Assembly: GCA_050613775.1 (NCBI GenBank)
Contig: JBODTK010000014.1
Location: 992,001 to 1,056,000 of the forward strand
Length of the DNA: 64,000 bases
Source: Neocallimastix sp. 'constans'
Lineage: Eukaryota
Direction of reading: 5' to 3'
Shown here: in pieces, positions 62,033 to 64,000 of the stretch
Position numbering within the stretch: the stretch's first letter is position 1
How the letters are laid out: every line of letters begins with the position of its first letter
The notes under the pieces: generated by a model
What the model was told of the DNA's origin: nothing
The model's input: only the letters and a program-made list of their open reading frames with translations
The model's database searches: none
Made by a program: the position numbers and the translations under genes

Positions 62033-64000
62033 TAATAAAAATAATAAAAATAATAAAAATAATAATAAAAACGTTACATTGGGAAATAAATTTGATATAG
62101 ATTTAATGAAATTAAATATACCTGAATCCAATATTGGTAACAAATTTAACGATAAAAATAATAGTACAAAAATATTTGAACAAAATAATAAGAAGTAAAA
62201 AACTACTAGGGTAGGCCAAATCATTAAATTATTAGATGGTATTGAACTTTATGATATTATGGAAGAATTACAAAATACCCCAGCAAATATTACATTGGCC
62301 CAATTAATAGGTATAAGTAGTACCCTATGTTCGGATATCACTAAAAGTTTTAAAAAGGTAAGAATTGAGGATGATGATGCAATGGTAGGATGTGCAGAAT
62401 ATCATAATAATATAGAAGAATTTGAAATAGTAAATAATCTTACCCATTGCTACGCTACAAGAGAAATTCAAGAGCACTATATTGCTATAGTCAATGGTAC
62501 AGTTAATGGTCATTCTGCTGCTGTATTAATTGATGATGATAGTAATACAAATTTGATAACTAGAAATTTTCTAAATAAAAATATTAAAAATTATAACATT
62601 GTTGGTTCTACTTCTGGTAGAGTGCATCAGGAATTATCTAATACGGAAGAACGTGTTTATGAAATGGTAAAATTAAAAGTACAAATTGATACTCTAAAAA
62701 TTAATGCAGTCTTTAGAATATTTGATAATGATAACTCAATATTTAATATAATAATTAATTTAAAAACACAAGCAGATTATAAATTATTAGTAGATGCAGA
62801 TAGTAAATATTTATACGTAAAAAGTTGTATTAATAATGTTAATGGTGTGTTTACCTTTAGTGCGGTCCCATTGTTTCCTTTGGAAGATGTGCATGAACTT
62901 CATACACAGTGTATGTTTTGCTATATATTAGAGAATAATACTAGTATTAATAATGTAATTAGTACCAATAAAATTAATACAACTAATAAAAATAAAATTT
63001 TGGAAGAATTAATCAGTAATATGGATATCAAGATGGAAATTTTAAAAATGAAATTAAATCCATATTAACTTCATATTCAGATGTAATAGCTATATTGAGT
63101 GATGATTTAGAACCATCCAAATTGCTACCTCACCATATTGAATTACAAGAAGGTAGCAAGCCAATAAAACAAAAGACATATAGGATCTGAGCCCCTTTCT
63201 AATTTGGTTGAAATTTTTTGAACTCCTGTAGAAGTTCCTTTTGTTAGAATGGGCATAGATATTATTGGACCTTTAAAAATTACTACTAAAGGTAATAAAT
63301 ACATAATTTTTTGTGTAGATTATTTCACTTTATGGACTGAAGCAGAAGCTTATCCTTCTGTTACTTCTCAAGATGTGGTTGATTTCTTAGTGAATGTGTT
63401 TAGTAGGCATGGACTACCACAAATAATTAATATGGATAATGGACAACAATTGAACAGTGATTATTCAAAAATTTTCTTTGATTTATATAGAGTTTACATT
63501 CATTTTGTTGCTAGTTATCATCCACCTTCTAATGGTTTAGTAGAAAATAGAAACCGAGAAATAGGAAAACAATTAAGGAATTTTGCTGGTAAGAATGATG
63601 AATGGGATACTCTGTTACCGTTGGCTTTATGGGCTATTAGGACGGCAAAATCCTCTGTTAGTGGATACTCTAGTTTTGAACTTTTATATGGAAGAGAGGA
63701 TTTACTTCCTACTGAAATTACTTTATTGGATTCTTTGGAGGAACCTGTTGAATGTTCAATTGACAAAGTATTAATAGAAAGAATTTTGGAACATACTAAG
63801 GGGTAAAGGATGCTGCAAACAAAAAATTGGGTACAATTAATTAATTATTGGAAGACTAGAAGAAAAGCGAAAAGAAGTATGGAAAAACATCCTGAGTATA
63901 AAGTTGGAAATAAGGTGAAATTATTTCAAAGACAAAAATTTGACCTATACTACATTGGTCCCTACACAATAAAAGAAATAACTTGTAATACGGTTAAACT

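Larger units (their letters stand above)
59393..64000 (+). mobile_element. Decayed Ty3/Gypsy element with family D LTR; runs off the window
   Basis: Truncated LTR ending CATATCA at 59788; tRNA-Ala-like PBS TGGTGGAGATATCGGGGA 59794-59811; gag, protease-like and integrase fragments. Confidence 0.88.
60522..64000 (+). pseudogene. Gypsy gag / protease-like / integrase remnant, RT and RNase H absent
   Basis: CYFCNQPGH knuckle, AVLIDDDS, GIDIIGPL...VDYFT...DNG...NGLVE integrase core. Confidence 0.88.

Overview
Extremely AT-rich eukaryotic DNA with no recognisable host gene; composition and element types suggest an anaerobic gut fungus (Neocallimastigomycota), which is inference only. The window is almost entirely LTR retrotransposons. 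It holds an intact, very young Ty1/Copia (21519-27695) nested in a decayed Copia (18626-30682), a near-intact self-priming chromovirus (42781-49700), two decayed Ty3/Gypsy elements, a non-coding Copia derivative (52761-56099) and about 30 TG...CA solo-LTR-like units (family letters A-Q are my own labels). Three things stand out. (1) Unrelated solo LTRs sit head-to-tail, separated only by a re-used 4-bp target duplication, which suggests integration targeted to existing LTR termini. (2) LTR family F carries a covarying RNA module: an ENE-like U-rich internal loop, a hairpin and a telomerase-like H-type pseudoknot. (3) Three Copia elements have primer-binding sites complementary to the anticodon half of tRNA-Lys(CUU). 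Coordinates were read by eye and may be off by a few bases in decayed regions.
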